Source: an uncultured Anaerolineaceae bacterium (GTDB lineage: Bacteria; Chloroflexota; Limnocylindria; Limnocylindrales; CSP1-4). From it: 37,533 nt of DNA. Numbering within the stretch: the first letter of the stretch is position 1; each line of letters begins with the position of its first letter. A program made the translations under genes and the position numbers. The notes below the pieces were generated by a model. It did not search any database and had not been told where the DNA came from. It worked only from the letters and a program-made list of their open reading frames with translations. The stretch spans positions 1-37,533 of the forward strand of contig CAYVJP010000002.1 of the NCBI GenBank assembly GCA_964451745.1, given 5' to 3'. Shown in pieces: positions 24,763 to 33,896 of this stretch.

Positions 24763-25758
24763 TCAGTCGGCGGGTCGGGTCTGGATGACGGTCGTCGGAG
24801 CGTTGTGCACGGCCGGGATGCTGCCGAGCCGGCCGGCCTGGTAGTCGACCATGGCCTGCATGACCTCTTCACGGGTGTTCATCACGAACGGACCCATCCA
24901 CGCGACGGGTTCGCGGATCGGTCGCCCGCCCAGGATCAGGACATCGAGGTCAGGGCTGCGGCGCTCCTGCACAGGAGCTGCGCCGAGCGTGATCGCGTTC
25001 CCGTCGCCGAACACCGTGAGCTGGCCCGGCGCGACCGGACGGGCGTCCGCCCCGACCGTCCCATGGCCGGCCATGACATACACGAGGGCGTTGTAGTCGG
25101 GCCTCCACGGCAGGGTGACCTTCGCCCCGGGGCTGAGGGTGGCGTGCAGCAGGGTCATCGGACTGTACGTGGACCCCGGGCCTGCGTGACCGGCGACGTC
25201 GCCGGCGATCACCCGGATCAGCGCACCGCCGTCGGGCGACGTGACGAGCGCGACCTGGTTGGCGCGGATGTCCTGATAGCGCGGCGGGGACCACTTCTGG
25301 TCGCGCGGCAGGTTGACCCACAGCTGGAAGCCGTGGAACAGCCCGCCCGTGCGGACGAGTTCCTCGGGCGGCTTCTCGATATGCAGGATCCCGGCTCCGG
25401 CGGTCATCCACTGGGTGTCGCCGTTGGTGATCAGCCCCCCGCCGCCGTTGGAGTCACTGTGCTCGAACGTACCGTCGATCATGTACGTGACGGTCTCGAA
25501 CCCCCGGTGCGGGTGCCACGGGGTCCCCTTGGGCTCGCCTGGCGCGTACTCCACTTCCCCCATCTGGTCGAGATGGATGAATGGATCCAGGTCCTCGAGC
25601 GCGACGCCCGCGAAGGCGCGGCGCACCGGAAACCCCTCCCCTTCGAAGCCATGCGGAGCGAGGGTCACGCTCCGGATCGGTCGCTCGCGGGCGATGGCGG
25701 GATCCGGACGTGGGATCCGGGGCAGGACGGTGATGTCGTCGATGGTCAGGGCGGGCAT
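24763..25758 (-). CDS. Pirin-family bicupin protein
   Basis: ORF 24763..25758. DPFIHLDQMG, HPHRGFETVTYMIDG and QWMTAGAGILHIE are classical pirin motifs. Confidence 0.9.
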   Translation of the reverse strand: MPALTIDDITVLPRIPRPDPAIARERPIRSVTLAPHGFEGEGFPVRRAFAGVALEDLDPFIHLDQMGEVEYAPGEPKGTPWHPHRGFETVTYMIDGTFEHSDSNGGGGLITNGDTQWMTAGAGILHIEKPPEELVRTGGLFHGFQLWVNLPRDQKWSPPRYQDIRANQVALVTSPDGGALIRVIAGDVAGHAGPGSTYSPMTLLHATLSPGAKVTLPWRPDYNALVYVMAGHGTVGADARPVAPGQLTVFGDGNAITLGAAPVQERRSPDLDVLILGGRPIREPVAWMGPFVMNTREEVMQAMVDYQAGRLGSIPAVHNAPTTVIQTRPAD

Positions 25759-25799
25759 GTGAACGGCTCCTTGGTTGCGATCCCACGATAGCCGATTAC

Positions 25800-25817
25800 T
25801 AGTTGCGGCGTCAACTA
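25800..25817. repeat. Inverted repeat TAGTTG-N6-CAACTA in the divergent pirin / secreted-protein intergenic region (possible operator)
   Basis: tagttgcggcgtcaacta lies in the most AT-rich patch of this intergenic region. No cognate regulator gene is visible. Confidence 0.3.
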
Positions 25818-25938
25818 CCTCGCGTTAGCGGTGAGCCCGGGTGCAGGGACCGTGCACCCCGAGGTAAGGGCCCCTCCGTACGGTGCCTGCAAGCCGAACG
25901 GTGTCCCGCCACCGTCGGGGCCGCCGGGGAGGTCTGCC

Positions 25939-26538
25939 ATGCGCCACGTCCGACCGCTGTTGCTCGTTGCGGGAGTGCTCCTGCTGTTGTCGCCGCCCGG
26001 GGTGCTTGCCGGCGGCGGTCCGGCCCCCAACGAGACGTGCGTGCCGGGCACGATCTGGGAGGACACGTCGAGCGGGGCCAAGTACATCTGCGTCTACGAC
26101 GAGTTGTACGGCGGGACGCGCTGGGAGCTGCTCCCGGGCGGGCAGTCGGGCCAGGAGGCCTGGACGTATCGCTCGTCGACATACGGCTGCTCGTACGGCA
26201 CCGTGGGACTCACGGGCGTCGGCGGCGCCGGCGCCGATTCCGTGGTCCGCACCTATCGATGGCCGTGCCGGACCGTCGCCGACCGGATCTCGCAGCCCAC
26301 CGGTGAGCTTCGTGCCCGGGTCGTCATCCAGCGCTACGCCGCCGGCTGGACGACCTGTCGCGACTCCGGATACCTGTACAGCACCACGGTCGCGACCGGG
26401 TGGCTGGCCGGGCTCGACATGGGCTCGCTCGCCGATTGCGGCGCCGGTATCTACCGCGCGTGGGGCGCGGGCGCGTTCTTCCAGGGCGGCGCCTGGCGCG
26501 GCGGCACGCTCTTCACCCCATCGATGACGTTCCGGTGA
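25939..26538 (+). CDS. Secreted Cys-containing protein, unknown function
   Basis: In-frame ATG at 25939 preceded by GGGGAGG. Signal peptide MRHVRPLLLVAGVLLLLSPPGVLA. Mature part is rich in Trp/Tyr/Gly and has 6 Cys. Confidence 0.6.
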   Translation: MRHVRPLLLVAGVLLLLSPPGVLAGGGPAPNETCVPGTIWEDTSSGAKYICVYDELYGGTRWELLPGGQSGQEAWTYRSSTYGCSYGTVGLTGVGGAGADSVVRTYRWPCRTVADRISQPTGELRARVVIQRYAAGWTTCRDSGYLYSTTVATGWLAGLDMGSLADCGAGIYRAWGAGAFFQGGAWRGGTLFTPSMTFR

Positions 26539-27437
26539 GAGCGGGCTACCTGACCTTCGCGTTCGCGGCGCTCGGGCTCCTCCTCGTCGGCGCGTTGGCC
26601 GGACCCGAGTCGCCGCCTCCGCGCTCCGTGGAGGTGATGCTCGGTCTGGCGGGTCTCGATCCGGTCGAGCTGGAGCGGCGACGGGCGATCGAGGTCGCGC
26701 GCCGGACCGCCTCGTGCATGCGATCGCTCGGGTTGCCGTACGACCCCATCCCGGAGCCCACGATCCCCATCCCCGATGGGGCTCTCGGGCCGATCGACTG
26801 GGCGGATCGCTGGGGATTCGGTGTCACGACGTCCATCGGAGCGCCGATGGGCCAGCAGCACGTCGACGCCAATGCGGCCCGCGCGCAACGGCTTCCACCG
26901 GCTGAGCGGGAGCGCTACGCGCAGGCCCTCCACGGCGACGGGACCGTTCCCGGCTGTCATGGGGCCGCCACGACGGCGGCGTACGGGCTGCGCGAGCGGT
27001 TGCTCGCGCCGTTGCGGTCACACCTCGTCGATCTCGAGCGGACCATCGACGCGGACCCGGCGATGGATCGCGTCCGGGCGTCTTGGGTGGCCTGCGCACG
27101 CACCGCGACCGTACCTCTGGGATCCCTGCCGGTAGCCCTCGATCGCGAGCGGCTGCCGAATCGGCTCCTGGGCTGGTTCGCGGCGCGGCTCGGCGCGATC
27201 CGAACGGCACGCGACCTTGCGAATGCCCAGGCGCTGGAACGCTGGGTCGCCGTCGCGATCGCCCGCTGCGAGGCGGCGGTCGCCCGGGGCCGGGCGGTCG
27301 AGGCGGCGCCCCACGAGATCGCCTTCCTCGACATCCACGGCGAGGCCGTGCGACGCGTCGGAGCCGCCATCCGGGAGGCGGAGGCACGATGGGCGTCGCC
27401 CCGGTCGACGCCGCCGCGCGCGGGTCCGGACCGGTGA
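26535..27437 (+). CDS. N-terminally membrane-anchored hypothetical protein
   Basis: GTG at 26535 overlaps the preceding stop (GTGA). TM YLTFAFAALGLLLVGALAG, then an Ala/Arg-rich helical domain. No family recognised. Confidence 0.5.
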   Translation: MRAGYLTFAFAALGLLLVGALAGPESPPPRSVEVMLGLAGLDPVELERRRAIEVARRTASCMRSLGLPYDPIPEPTIPIPDGALGPIDWADRWGFGVTTSIGAPMGQQHVDANAARAQRLPPAERERYAQALHGDGTVPGCHGAATTAAYGLRERLLAPLRSHLVDLERTIDADPAMDRVRASWVACARTATVPLGSLPVALDRERLPNRLLGWFAARLGAIRTARDLANAQALERWVAVAIARCEAAVARGRAVEAAPHEIAFLDIHGEAVRRVGAAIREAEARWASPRSTPPRAGPDR

Positions 27438-27443
27438 GCCCCG

Positions 27444-29237
27444 TCAGTCGGACGTCGGGCGGCTGTCCACGGAGACCCAGCGGGGATCGAGGGTCAGCTG
27501 GATCACCGTGGTCCGCTCTTCGGCGAGCGCCTGGCGGAGCGCGGGTTCGAGGTCGACGTCGTGCTCGACGTGGACACCGCGGGCGCCCAGGGCACGACTG
27601 ACGGCCGCGAAGTCGACCGGACCGAGTTCGGTCGCGATCCCCTCCCCCGTTCCGCGCCGGGCCTGCCACATCGCGATGGTGCCGTACCGCCGGTTGTCGA
27701 AGCAGATCACGATCACGCGGGCATGTTCGCGGACCGAGGTCTCCAGCTCGGCCATGGTCATCGCCAGCCCGCCGTCACCCACCAGCGCCACGACGGGCCG
27801 ATCGCGATGGATCAGCGACGCCGCGATGGCCGCAGGGAGCCCATACCCCATCGCGCCCGACGTCGGACCGATGAAGCTTCCTGGACGCCGGAACCGGAAC
27901 CCGCGACCCGCCCAGCCGGCGAAGTTGCCCGCGTCGGTGGTGACGATCGCGTCGTCGGGCAAGACCTGGCGCAAGGTGGCCACCACACGGCCCGGGTGGA
28001 CCCCAGGCCCGGACCAGGCATCGGCGCCGGCGGTGACGTCGGACGCCGCCTCCCACGCGAGACGGTCGGCAGCATTGTTCGCCTGACGTTCCCCGACGAG
28101 TGCGGCATCGAGGACCGCCTTGCCGACGAGGCGTTCGTTCGCGGCGCGCAGGAACGCCCGGGCGTCGGCCGCGATGACGAAGTCGGGGCGATTCCCGCTG
28201 GTCTGTCCGGGTTCGAGGTCCACGTGAGCCCAGCGGGTCGTGGCGGCAGGCACCGTGTCCTCCCAGGATGTCGGCTCGTTGAGCCGGCAGCCGATCACGA
28301 GCATCGCGTCCGCGGCCGCCAGTCGGTCGCGGACCGTGGGTGCGGCTCCCAGCCCCGCCATCCCGAGATACAACGGATGATCGTTGGAGATGACGTCCGC
28401 ACGCCGCCATGCAGCGATGACCGGCACCTGCAGGAGTTCCGCGAATCGGAGGAGCTCGGTCGAGGTGCGTGCGTGCAGGACCCCGCCACCGGCGAGGATC
28501 ACGGGTCGCCGGGCCGAGGCCAGCAGTTCGATGACCGCCCGGATGTCCTCATCGGGCGCCCGCGCCGGCGCGGAGCGGCCACCCTCCACCTTCGCGTCGC
28601 TGGGTGCCGCCAGGTCGAGGAGGTCCTCGGGGAATGACAGGAGGACCGGCCCCGGACGGCCGCCCAGGGCCTGGCGGATCGCCTCGCCCATCGCAGGTGC
28701 GACCGCGTCGGGCGAATCCGGCTCCACGGCGAACTTCGCCAGCCCACCGATCGTGCCGACCTGGTCGATCTCCTGGAAGGCCTCGTGACCGCGATGCGAT
28801 CGTTCCACCTGGCCGACGATCGCGAACATCGGGGCAGAATCCTGGCGGGCCGTGTGGATCCCGATCGCGAGGTTCGCAGCACCGACGGCCCTGGTGCCGA
28901 GGCAGGCGGCGGGTCGGCCGGTCAGTTGCGCGTGGGCCTCGGCCATGAAGGCCGCGGCCCCCTCGTGACGGGTCGCCACGACGCGGATGCCCGCGTCCCC
29001 GAGGGCATCGAGCAGGCCGAGGAACGATTCGCCGGGCACCGTGAACGCGTAGCGCACGCCGGCCGAGCGCAGGGCGTCGGCGACGAGGCGCCCGATCGTA
29101 CGCGGCGCGGGCTCCGGCTCGTCGGTCGCGGGCACCGGCTCGTCGGTAGCGGCCGGAGCGGGCTCGTCGGCCACGGCCGGCGCCGGCGCCGCCTCATCGG
29201 CGGCAGGCGCCGCCTCCTCGGCTGGATCGACGGTCAT
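27444..29237 (-). CDS. Thiamine-pyrophosphate-dependent enzyme (acetolactate-synthase-like family)
   Basis: ORF 27444..29237. N-terminal Pyr domain GVRYAFTVPGESF, TPP-binding motif LVGDGGLAMTMAELET...N. The first 45 or so residues are an acidic Ala/Pro/Glu/Asp repeat, so the true start could be the internal GTG near VPATDEPEP. Confidence 0.85.
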   Translation of the reverse strand: MTVDPAEEAAPAADEAAPAPAVADEPAPAATDEPVPATDEPEPAPRTIGRLVADALRSAGVRYAFTVPGESFLGLLDALGDAGIRVVATRHEGAAAFMAEAHAQLTGRPAACLGTRAVGAANLAIGIHTARQDSAPMFAIVGQVERSHRGHEAFQEIDQVGTIGGLAKFAVEPDSPDAVAPAMGEAIRQALGGRPGPVLLSFPEDLLDLAAPSDAKVEGGRSAPARAPDEDIRAVIELLASARRPVILAGGGVLHARTSTELLRFAELLQVPVIAAWRRADVISNDHPLYLGMAGLGAAPTVRDRLAAADAMLVIGCRLNEPTSWEDTVPAATTRWAHVDLEPGQTSGNRPDFVIAADARAFLRAANERLVGKAVLDAALVGERQANNAADRLAWEAASDVTAGADAWSGPGVHPGRVVATLRQVLPDDAIVTTDAGNFAGWAGRGFRFRRPGSFIGPTSGAMGYGLPAAIAASLIHRDRPVVALVGDGGLAMTMAELETSVREHARVIVICFDNRRYGTIAMWQARRGTGEGIATELGPVDFAAVSRALGARGVHVEHDVDLEPALRQALAEERTTVIQLTLDPRWVSVDSRPTSD

Positions 29238-29262
29238 CGCGGACGGCCCACGGATCGTGCGA

Positions 29263-29367
29263 TCACACCGAGACCGGATAGGCCACGGCCGAGGCGACCA
29301 GGCCGAAGATGATGAGCACGGTGACGGCGATCATGATCGCCTTGGCGTAGCGCGAGCCAGGCAGCAC
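29263..29367 (-). CDS. Possible 34-aa hydrophobic micro-protein (speculative)
   Basis: Minus strand reads GAGG-N6-GTG CTG CCT GGC TCG CGC TAC GCC AAG GCG ATC ATG ATC GCC GTC ACC GTG CTC ATC ATC TTC GGC CTG GTC GCC TCG GCC GTG GCC TAT CCG GTC TCG GTG TGA = VLPGSRYAKAIMIAVTVLIIFGLVASAVAYPVSV. High GC3. Below the ORF-track size cutoff. Confidence 0.25.
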   Translation of the reverse strand: MLPGSRYAKAIMIAVTVLIIFGLVASAVAYPVSV

Positions 29368-29375
29368 GGGAGACC

Positions 29376-29867
29376 TCAGCGGTAGTTCTGGAACTGCAGC
29401 GGAACGGGCTCGTCGAGCTCGCGAAGCCGGGCGATGACCCGCTGGAGATCATCCTTGTTCTTGCCCGATACGCGCACCGCGTCGCCCTGGATCTGCGACT
29501 TCACCTTGGGAAACTCGTCGCGGATCAGCTTGGTGATGCGCTTGGCGATCTCGTCGCTGAGGCCCCGGCGCAGCTTGATCTGCTGGCGGACCTTGTTGCC
29601 ACCTGCGGGCTCCACCTTGCCCCAGTCGAAGATCTTGAGTGACAGGTTCCGCTTGATCGCCTTGGACTCGATGAGGTCCTTGACGGCCGTCGCTCGGTAC
29701 TCGTCATCGGTGACGAGGACCAGCTCGTCCTTGGCCTGGGTCAGCTCGACCGTCACGCCCTTGAAGTCGAACCGCTGGCCGACCTCGCGACGCACCTGAT
29801 CGAGCGCGTTGCGCAGTTCCTGTTCGTCGAAGTCGCTCACGACGTCGAACGAGACGTCTCCTGCCAT
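29376..29867 (-). CDS. yajQ: YajQ-family (UPF0234) nucleotide / cyclic-di-GMP-binding protein
   Basis: ORF 29376..29867, AAGGAGAG upstream. SFDVVSDFDEQELRNALDQVRREVGQRFDFKG...QFQNYR is the YajQ signature. Confidence 0.9.
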   Translation of the reverse strand: MAGDVSFDVVSDFDEQELRNALDQVRREVGQRFDFKGVTVELTQAKDELVLVTDDEYRATAVKDLIESKAIKRNLSLKIFDWGKVEPAGGNKVRQQIKLRRGLSDEIAKRITKLIRDEFPKVKSQIQGDAVRVSGKNKDDLQRVIARLRELDEPVPLQFQNYR

Positions 29868-29885
29868 CCTGGATCTCTCCTTGTC

Positions 29886-30275
29886 CTACGCCGCGACGGG
29901 CGTCTCGCGCTTGTGCCACCACTCTCGGAAGCGGGCCACGCGCCCATCTGCGGCGATCTCGAGGGTCATGAACCCGGCGATCCGAACCCGTGCTCGGCCC
30001 GGTCGGCGGATGAAGCTGGCGTGCCAGGCGGCGAGGACCGTCGGTCCGACCACCCAGTGGCGCTCGACGGTCATCTCGACCTGGTCCTGCGCCGCCGCTG
30101 CTTCCAGCAAGTATGCGCGAAGGGCGTTGTGTCCGACGATCGGGGGCTCGAACGGGTCCTCGTGGTACTCGGCGTCGTCCGTGAACAGGGCCACCCATCC
30201 GTCGCCATCGAACGACTCCCACGCCTGCCGGTAGCGGTCGAGCAGGTCGCCAGCAGCGGCGTGGTCGATGTCCAT
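29886..30275 (-). CDS. NTF2-like / SnoaL-like domain protein
   Basis: ORF 29886..30275, GGAGGG upstream. LLDRYRQAWESFDGDGWVALFTDDAEYHE is the typical SnoaL_2 N-terminus. Confidence 0.7.
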   Translation of the reverse strand: MDIDHAAAGDLLDRYRQAWESFDGDGWVALFTDDAEYHEDPFEPPIVGHNALRAYLLEAAAAQDQVEMTVERHWVVGPTVLAAWHASFIRRPGRARVRIAGFMTLEIAADGRVARFREWWHKRETPVAA

Positions 30276-30287
30276 CGTCGGTCCCTC

Positions 30288-31862
30288 CTAGGCCCCGGCT
30301 TGGGGTGCGCTCGCAGTCTCGAGGTGCTCGAGCAGTCGATCGCCGATGCGATAGCTGTGGCCCCCACCCATGACCAGCACGACATCACCCGCGGCGACAT
30401 GGGCGGCCAGCCAGTCGGCCGTCGCCTCGACGGACCCCGGTGCCGCAGCCGTCATCTCCGGGCGGACCCGGTGCACGGCGGCGGCCAGCCCGGCGGCAGA
30501 CGCCACGGTCGTGTCCTGGTCGCGTCCGGCCCAGATGTCGGCCACGGCCGCGGCATCCGCGCCCGCGAGCGCATCCGCGAACCCGGCCAGGAGCGCCGCC
30601 GTCCGATGGTACGTCAGCGGCTCGTACACGGCCCACAGACGTCGACCCGGTTCGCGCTGGCGGACCGCGTCGATGGTCTCGCGGATGGCCGTCGGATGGT
30701 GACCGTAGTCGTCATAGACGACGACCCCGGCCGCTTCGCCCTTCCGTTCCAGGCGGCGACCGACGCCTGCGAACCCGGCCAGACCTTCGACGATGCCCGG
30801 GACCGGGACGCCGAGGGCGAGGGCAGCTCCGGCGACGGCGAGGGCGTTCGCGGCGTTGTGCCGACCCGCGGTGCGGAGCGTGACCGTCACGGGACCCGTG
30901 AGCGGGTCCAATCCATGGATCTCGAGCATCGTGCCCGAGGGTTCCGCACGGACGATCCGGCCCAGCACCGGGCGAGCCGGTCCTTCGGGCGTCGTGAAAC
31001 GCTCGGCGATGCCACGCGTGAACCCGGCTCCCGCCGGGGATGCGTCAAGCAACGCGTAGGCGACGATGTGGGTCGCCCGATCCAGGAGCCGCTCGACCAC
31101 CGACGCTGCGCCCCGATCGCCGACATTGGCGACCAGCGTGGAGCCGTCGGGCGTTCGGCTCAGCCATCGCGCGAACGCCGATTCCACGGCCGCGGCGTCC
31201 GCGAAGACGTCGGGGTGGTCCCATTCCGCGCCCGTCAGGACGGCCACGTCGGGTCGGTACACGTCGAAGTTGCCGGCGTACTCGTCCGCCTCCACCACCA
31301 CGACCGGCCCGTGACCCCAGCGGGCCGTCGCCGGAGGGCCACCGGTGACCGCGCTGGGCATCAGGGCCCCGACGAACGCCGATGGGTCCACACCGGCACC
31401 CGCGAGCACCTGGACGAGCCAACCGGACGTCGTGCTCTTTCCGTGCGTCCCGGCGACGGCGACGAGTCGCTTGCCGACCGCGGCATCGGCGACGACCTGC
31501 TGCCACGGCTCCAGGAGCGTTCCCTGCGCGCGCGCCGCCCGCAGCTCTGGATGATCGGGATCCACCGCCGTGAGTGCCTTGGTCACCGCGACGCGGTCCG
31601 GTCGCGGCGCGTCGGTCACGTGGGCGGGGTCGTGCGTCCATGCGATGCGGATCCCGAGGGCCTCGAGGGCAGGCGTGTACGGCGACGGCCCGCCCGCATC
31701 GCATCCGGTCACCTGCGCACCGGCGTGGTGGGCCAGGATCGCCGCGGCGCTCGCTCCCGCCCCTGCCACGCCGATCACGTGGATCCGCTGCCCGGCGGGG
31801 ATCGCCGTGGCTGGTCGTGCCACCGCGAGCCCGGCGCCGACCGAAGCGGCGTCGCGGGTCAC
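30288..31862 (-). CDS. murC: Mur ligase, MurC-like (UDP-N-acetylmuramate--L-alanine ligase)
   Basis: GTG at 31862 chosen (32 nt after the cinA stop); the rest of ORF 30288..32081 upstream is not protein-like. IHVIGVAGAGASA, P-loop AGTHGKSTTSGW, EADEY, GRHNAANALA, DDYGHHPTAI, YEPLTYHRT. Confidence 0.7.
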   Translation of the reverse strand: MTRDAASVGAGLAVARPATAIPAGQRIHVIGVAGAGASAAAILAHHAGAQVTGCDAGGPSPYTPALEALGIRIAWTHDPAHVTDAPRPDRVAVTKALTAVDPDHPELRAARAQGTLLEPWQQVVADAAVGKRLVAVAGTHGKSTTSGWLVQVLAGAGVDPSAFVGALMPSAVTGGPPATARWGHGPVVVVEADEYAGNFDVYRPDVAVLTGAEWDHPDVFADAAAVESAFARWLSRTPDGSTLVANVGDRGAASVVERLLDRATHIVAYALLDASPAGAGFTRGIAERFTTPEGPARPVLGRIVRAEPSGTMLEIHGLDPLTGPVTVTLRTAGRHNAANALAVAGAALALGVPVPGIVEGLAGFAGVGRRLERKGEAAGVVVYDDYGHHPTAIRETIDAVRQREPGRRLWAVYEPLTYHRTAALLAGFADALAGADAAAVADIWAGRDQDTTVASAAGLAAAVHRVRPEMTAAAPGSVEATADWLAAHVAAGDVVLVMGGGHSYRIGDRLLEHLETASAPQAGA

Positions 31863-31893
31863 CGGGCCAAGTGTGTCGGGCGACGGTACGCGA

Positions 31894-32397
31894 TCACGGG
31901 TCGACACCCGACAGGCGCTCCGCGACCAGTGCCAGTGCTGCCGCCGCGCTCGAGCGCTTGTTCCCGGAACGGTCCTCGGACCAGGCGTACTTGCGCACAT
32001 CGTCGCCCGCCCCGTCGGCGACCGCGACGTAGGTGAGGCCGACGGGCTTGGCCGGCGTCCCTCCGCCAGGACCGGCGACACCCGTGATCGCGACCGCGAG
32101 GTCGACGCCGAGTCGGCTCCTCGCTCCTTCGGCCATCGCCACGGCGACCTGCGCGGAGACCGCCCCGTGGGCCGTCAGCGTCTCCTCCGGGACGTCGGCG
32201 AGCGCGGTCTTGACCTCGTTCGCGTACGTGACCAACCCGCCGCGGAAGTAGTCGCTGGACCCGGGGATCTCCGTCAGGAGGTGCGCCACGAGACCCGCGG
32301 TGCACGACTCAGCGGTCGCGATCGTGATCCCGCGCGCCCGGCACGCGGCACCGACGCGCTCCGCGAGGTCGAGCAATTCGTCGTCGGTCGGCGGCAC
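31894..32397 (-). CDS. cinA: CinA-family nicotinamide-nucleotide amidohydrolase domain protein (PncC-like)
   Basis: ORF 31894..32397 (GTG start). TIATAESCTAGLVAHLLTEIPGSSDYFRGGLVTYANEVK and AITGVAGPGGGT are CinA C-terminal domain motifs. Confidence 0.85.
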   Translation of the reverse strand: MPPTDDELLDLAERVGAACRARGITIATAESCTAGLVAHLLTEIPGSSDYFRGGLVTYANEVKTALADVPEETLTAHGAVSAQVAVAMAEGARSRLGVDLAVAITGVAGPGGGTPAKPVGLTYVAVADGAGDDVRKYAWSEDRSGNKRSSAAAALALVAERLSGVDP

Positions 32398-32402
32398 GCT
32401 CG

Positions 32403-33767
32403 TCAGCGGCGTTGCGTCTTGACGGGTGCATCCGGGGGCGCGAACAGCCAGGTCTCGGGCACGCCACTGCGTCCGAGCGCCCCGAGCGACGTCCCGTTGA
32501 GGGTGAACTCGGTGACCCCCGACGAGCCGGTCCGGACTTCCACGGACTCCTTGCCGGTGAACGTGAGCGTCTTGCCGTCGCTGTAGACCTTGCCCGCGGC
32601 CCCGACGTTCTCGGCGATCTTGCCGTCCACCCAGACCTTGATCCAGGCCTTGCCTCCGTCGATGCTGACCACGAGGTTCACGCCCTTGAAGACGACCGAC
32701 ACGTTGCGCGTCAGCGATGCGGTCTTGCCCTCTTCGCTCGAGGCCGTGACCGTGATGGCCCAGCGCCCGGTCGTCAGCTCGAAGGGCGTGCTGAACGCGC
32801 CATCGGCACCCACCGGGACCGTCACCGGGTCCGGGGCCTCGGGCGGGGCCGGCGTCGCGGCGTCCTCGGCCACGGGTTCGGTGGGACCGGTGTAGCGCGC
32901 GCTCACCACGACCGAATCCGCATTCGTCGTGCGGCCCTGGACAGGGATCGCGCCGTTCTCGAACGTCGCCCCCTCGGAGGGCTGGTCGACCGTCAGGGTG
33001 GGCGCTTCGATCACGAGGAACGGAACGGTGATGAGGAGGCTGACCGTCTCTTCCGACTGCTTGCCGGTGTCGGGATCGACCGAGCTCACCTCGAACGGGT
33101 TCTGCCCGCGGCGCAGCTCGACGGTCGCATTCCAGTCGCCGTCCGCGTCCGCGCTGACCGAGTACGGATCCCGTCCGGGCGTGGCGATCGAGACGGTCGC
33201 GCCCGCGGTCGTGGTGCCTCGCATGACGAACTCCGTGGCACCCTCGTCCACCTCGACGACGGCGACGGCCGGGTTCGTCACGGCGATCGTGGGTGGCTTC
33301 GCGAAGCGCAGCAGCTGGACGCCGAGGTACACGGCGAACGCGAGCACCGCGATGCTGAGCAGCGCGAAGACCACAAGACTGGGCGAGAACGTGAGCCCGG
33401 GCCGTGGCGTGACGATCGGTCGCGGGACGGCGATGACCGCCTGGGGCTCGCGGCTCTCACCGCGCTCGCGCCGCCACTGGAGCAGCACCTCGTCCGGGTC
33501 CAGGCCGAGGTACAACGCGTAGTTCCGAAGGAATCCCTTCGTGTAGACCGCACCGGGCAGTTCGCGGTAGTCGCCCCGCTCGAGGGCCGCGAGATAGCGT
33601 GCCCGGATCTTCGTATCGCGCTCGGCGCGATAGAGGTCCACACCTTTGCGCTCGCGGGCGGTCAGGAGGCGCTCGGGAAGGCTGGGCGTGGGTTCGACGG
33701 CAGGACCCCGTGCGGCATCGCCGCGCGCGGCCCCGACGGCTCGTCGGACCTGGTCCCGTGTCGTCAA
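32403..33767 (-). CDS. RodZ-like protein: N-terminal HTH, one TM, Ig-like repeats, C-terminal DUF4115-like domain
   Basis: ORF 32403..33767 (TTG start). LLTARERKGVDLYRAERDTKIRARYLAALERGDYRELPGAVYTKGFLRNYALYLGLD is the RodZ-type HTH. TM LVVFALLSIAVLAFAVYLGV. C-terminus reads AWIKVWVDGK...VEVRTGSSGVTEFTLNG. Confidence 0.75.
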   Translation of the reverse strand: MTTRDQVRRAVGAARGDAARGPAVEPTPSLPERLLTARERKGVDLYRAERDTKIRARYLAALERGDYRELPGAVYTKGFLRNYALYLGLDPDEVLLQWRRERGESREPQAVIAVPRPIVTPRPGLTFSPSLVVFALLSIAVLAFAVYLGVQLLRFAKPPTIAVTNPAVAVVEVDEGATEFVMRGTTTAGATVSIATPGRDPYSVSADADGDWNATVELRRGQNPFEVSSVDPDTGKQSEETVSLLITVPFLVIEAPTLTVDQPSEGATFENGAIPVQGRTTNADSVVVSARYTGPTEPVAEDAATPAPPEAPDPVTVPVGADGAFSTPFELTTGRWAITVTASSEEGKTASLTRNVSVVFKGVNLVVSIDGGKAWIKVWVDGKIAENVGAAGKVYSDGKTLTFTGKESVEVRTGSSGVTEFTLNGTSLGALGRSGVPETWLFAPPDAPVKTQRR

Positions 33768-33896
33768 CTGCTGTGCCCCGTCTGAACGCGCTCGCTTCCG
33801 GTCTCGTCGCCTCGGCGCCGCGCCAGCGTGGCGTCGACCGCTGCGACAGGATACCCCAGCTGGGTCAGGGGGCCCACCGGGACGTTGGTCCGGGCA

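Noticed and set aside
29234-29452. 72-aa ORF overlapping the yajQ 3' end and the intergenic region
   Set aside because: It is out of frame with yajQ, Ser/Arg-rich, lacks an SD, and conflicts with the clearly real yajQ gene.
29913-32036. 707-aa plus-strand ORF antisense to the SnoaL-like, murC-like and cinA genes. The same reasoning applies to 4848..6185, 6379..7569, 3501..4658, 1799..2764, 19864..20985, 24463..25791, 27561..28637 and 32412..33785.
   Set aside because: All are antisense or out of frame relative to genes with clear family motifs, and all have Arg/Pro/Gly/His-biased composition. Long spurious ORFs are expected at this GC content.
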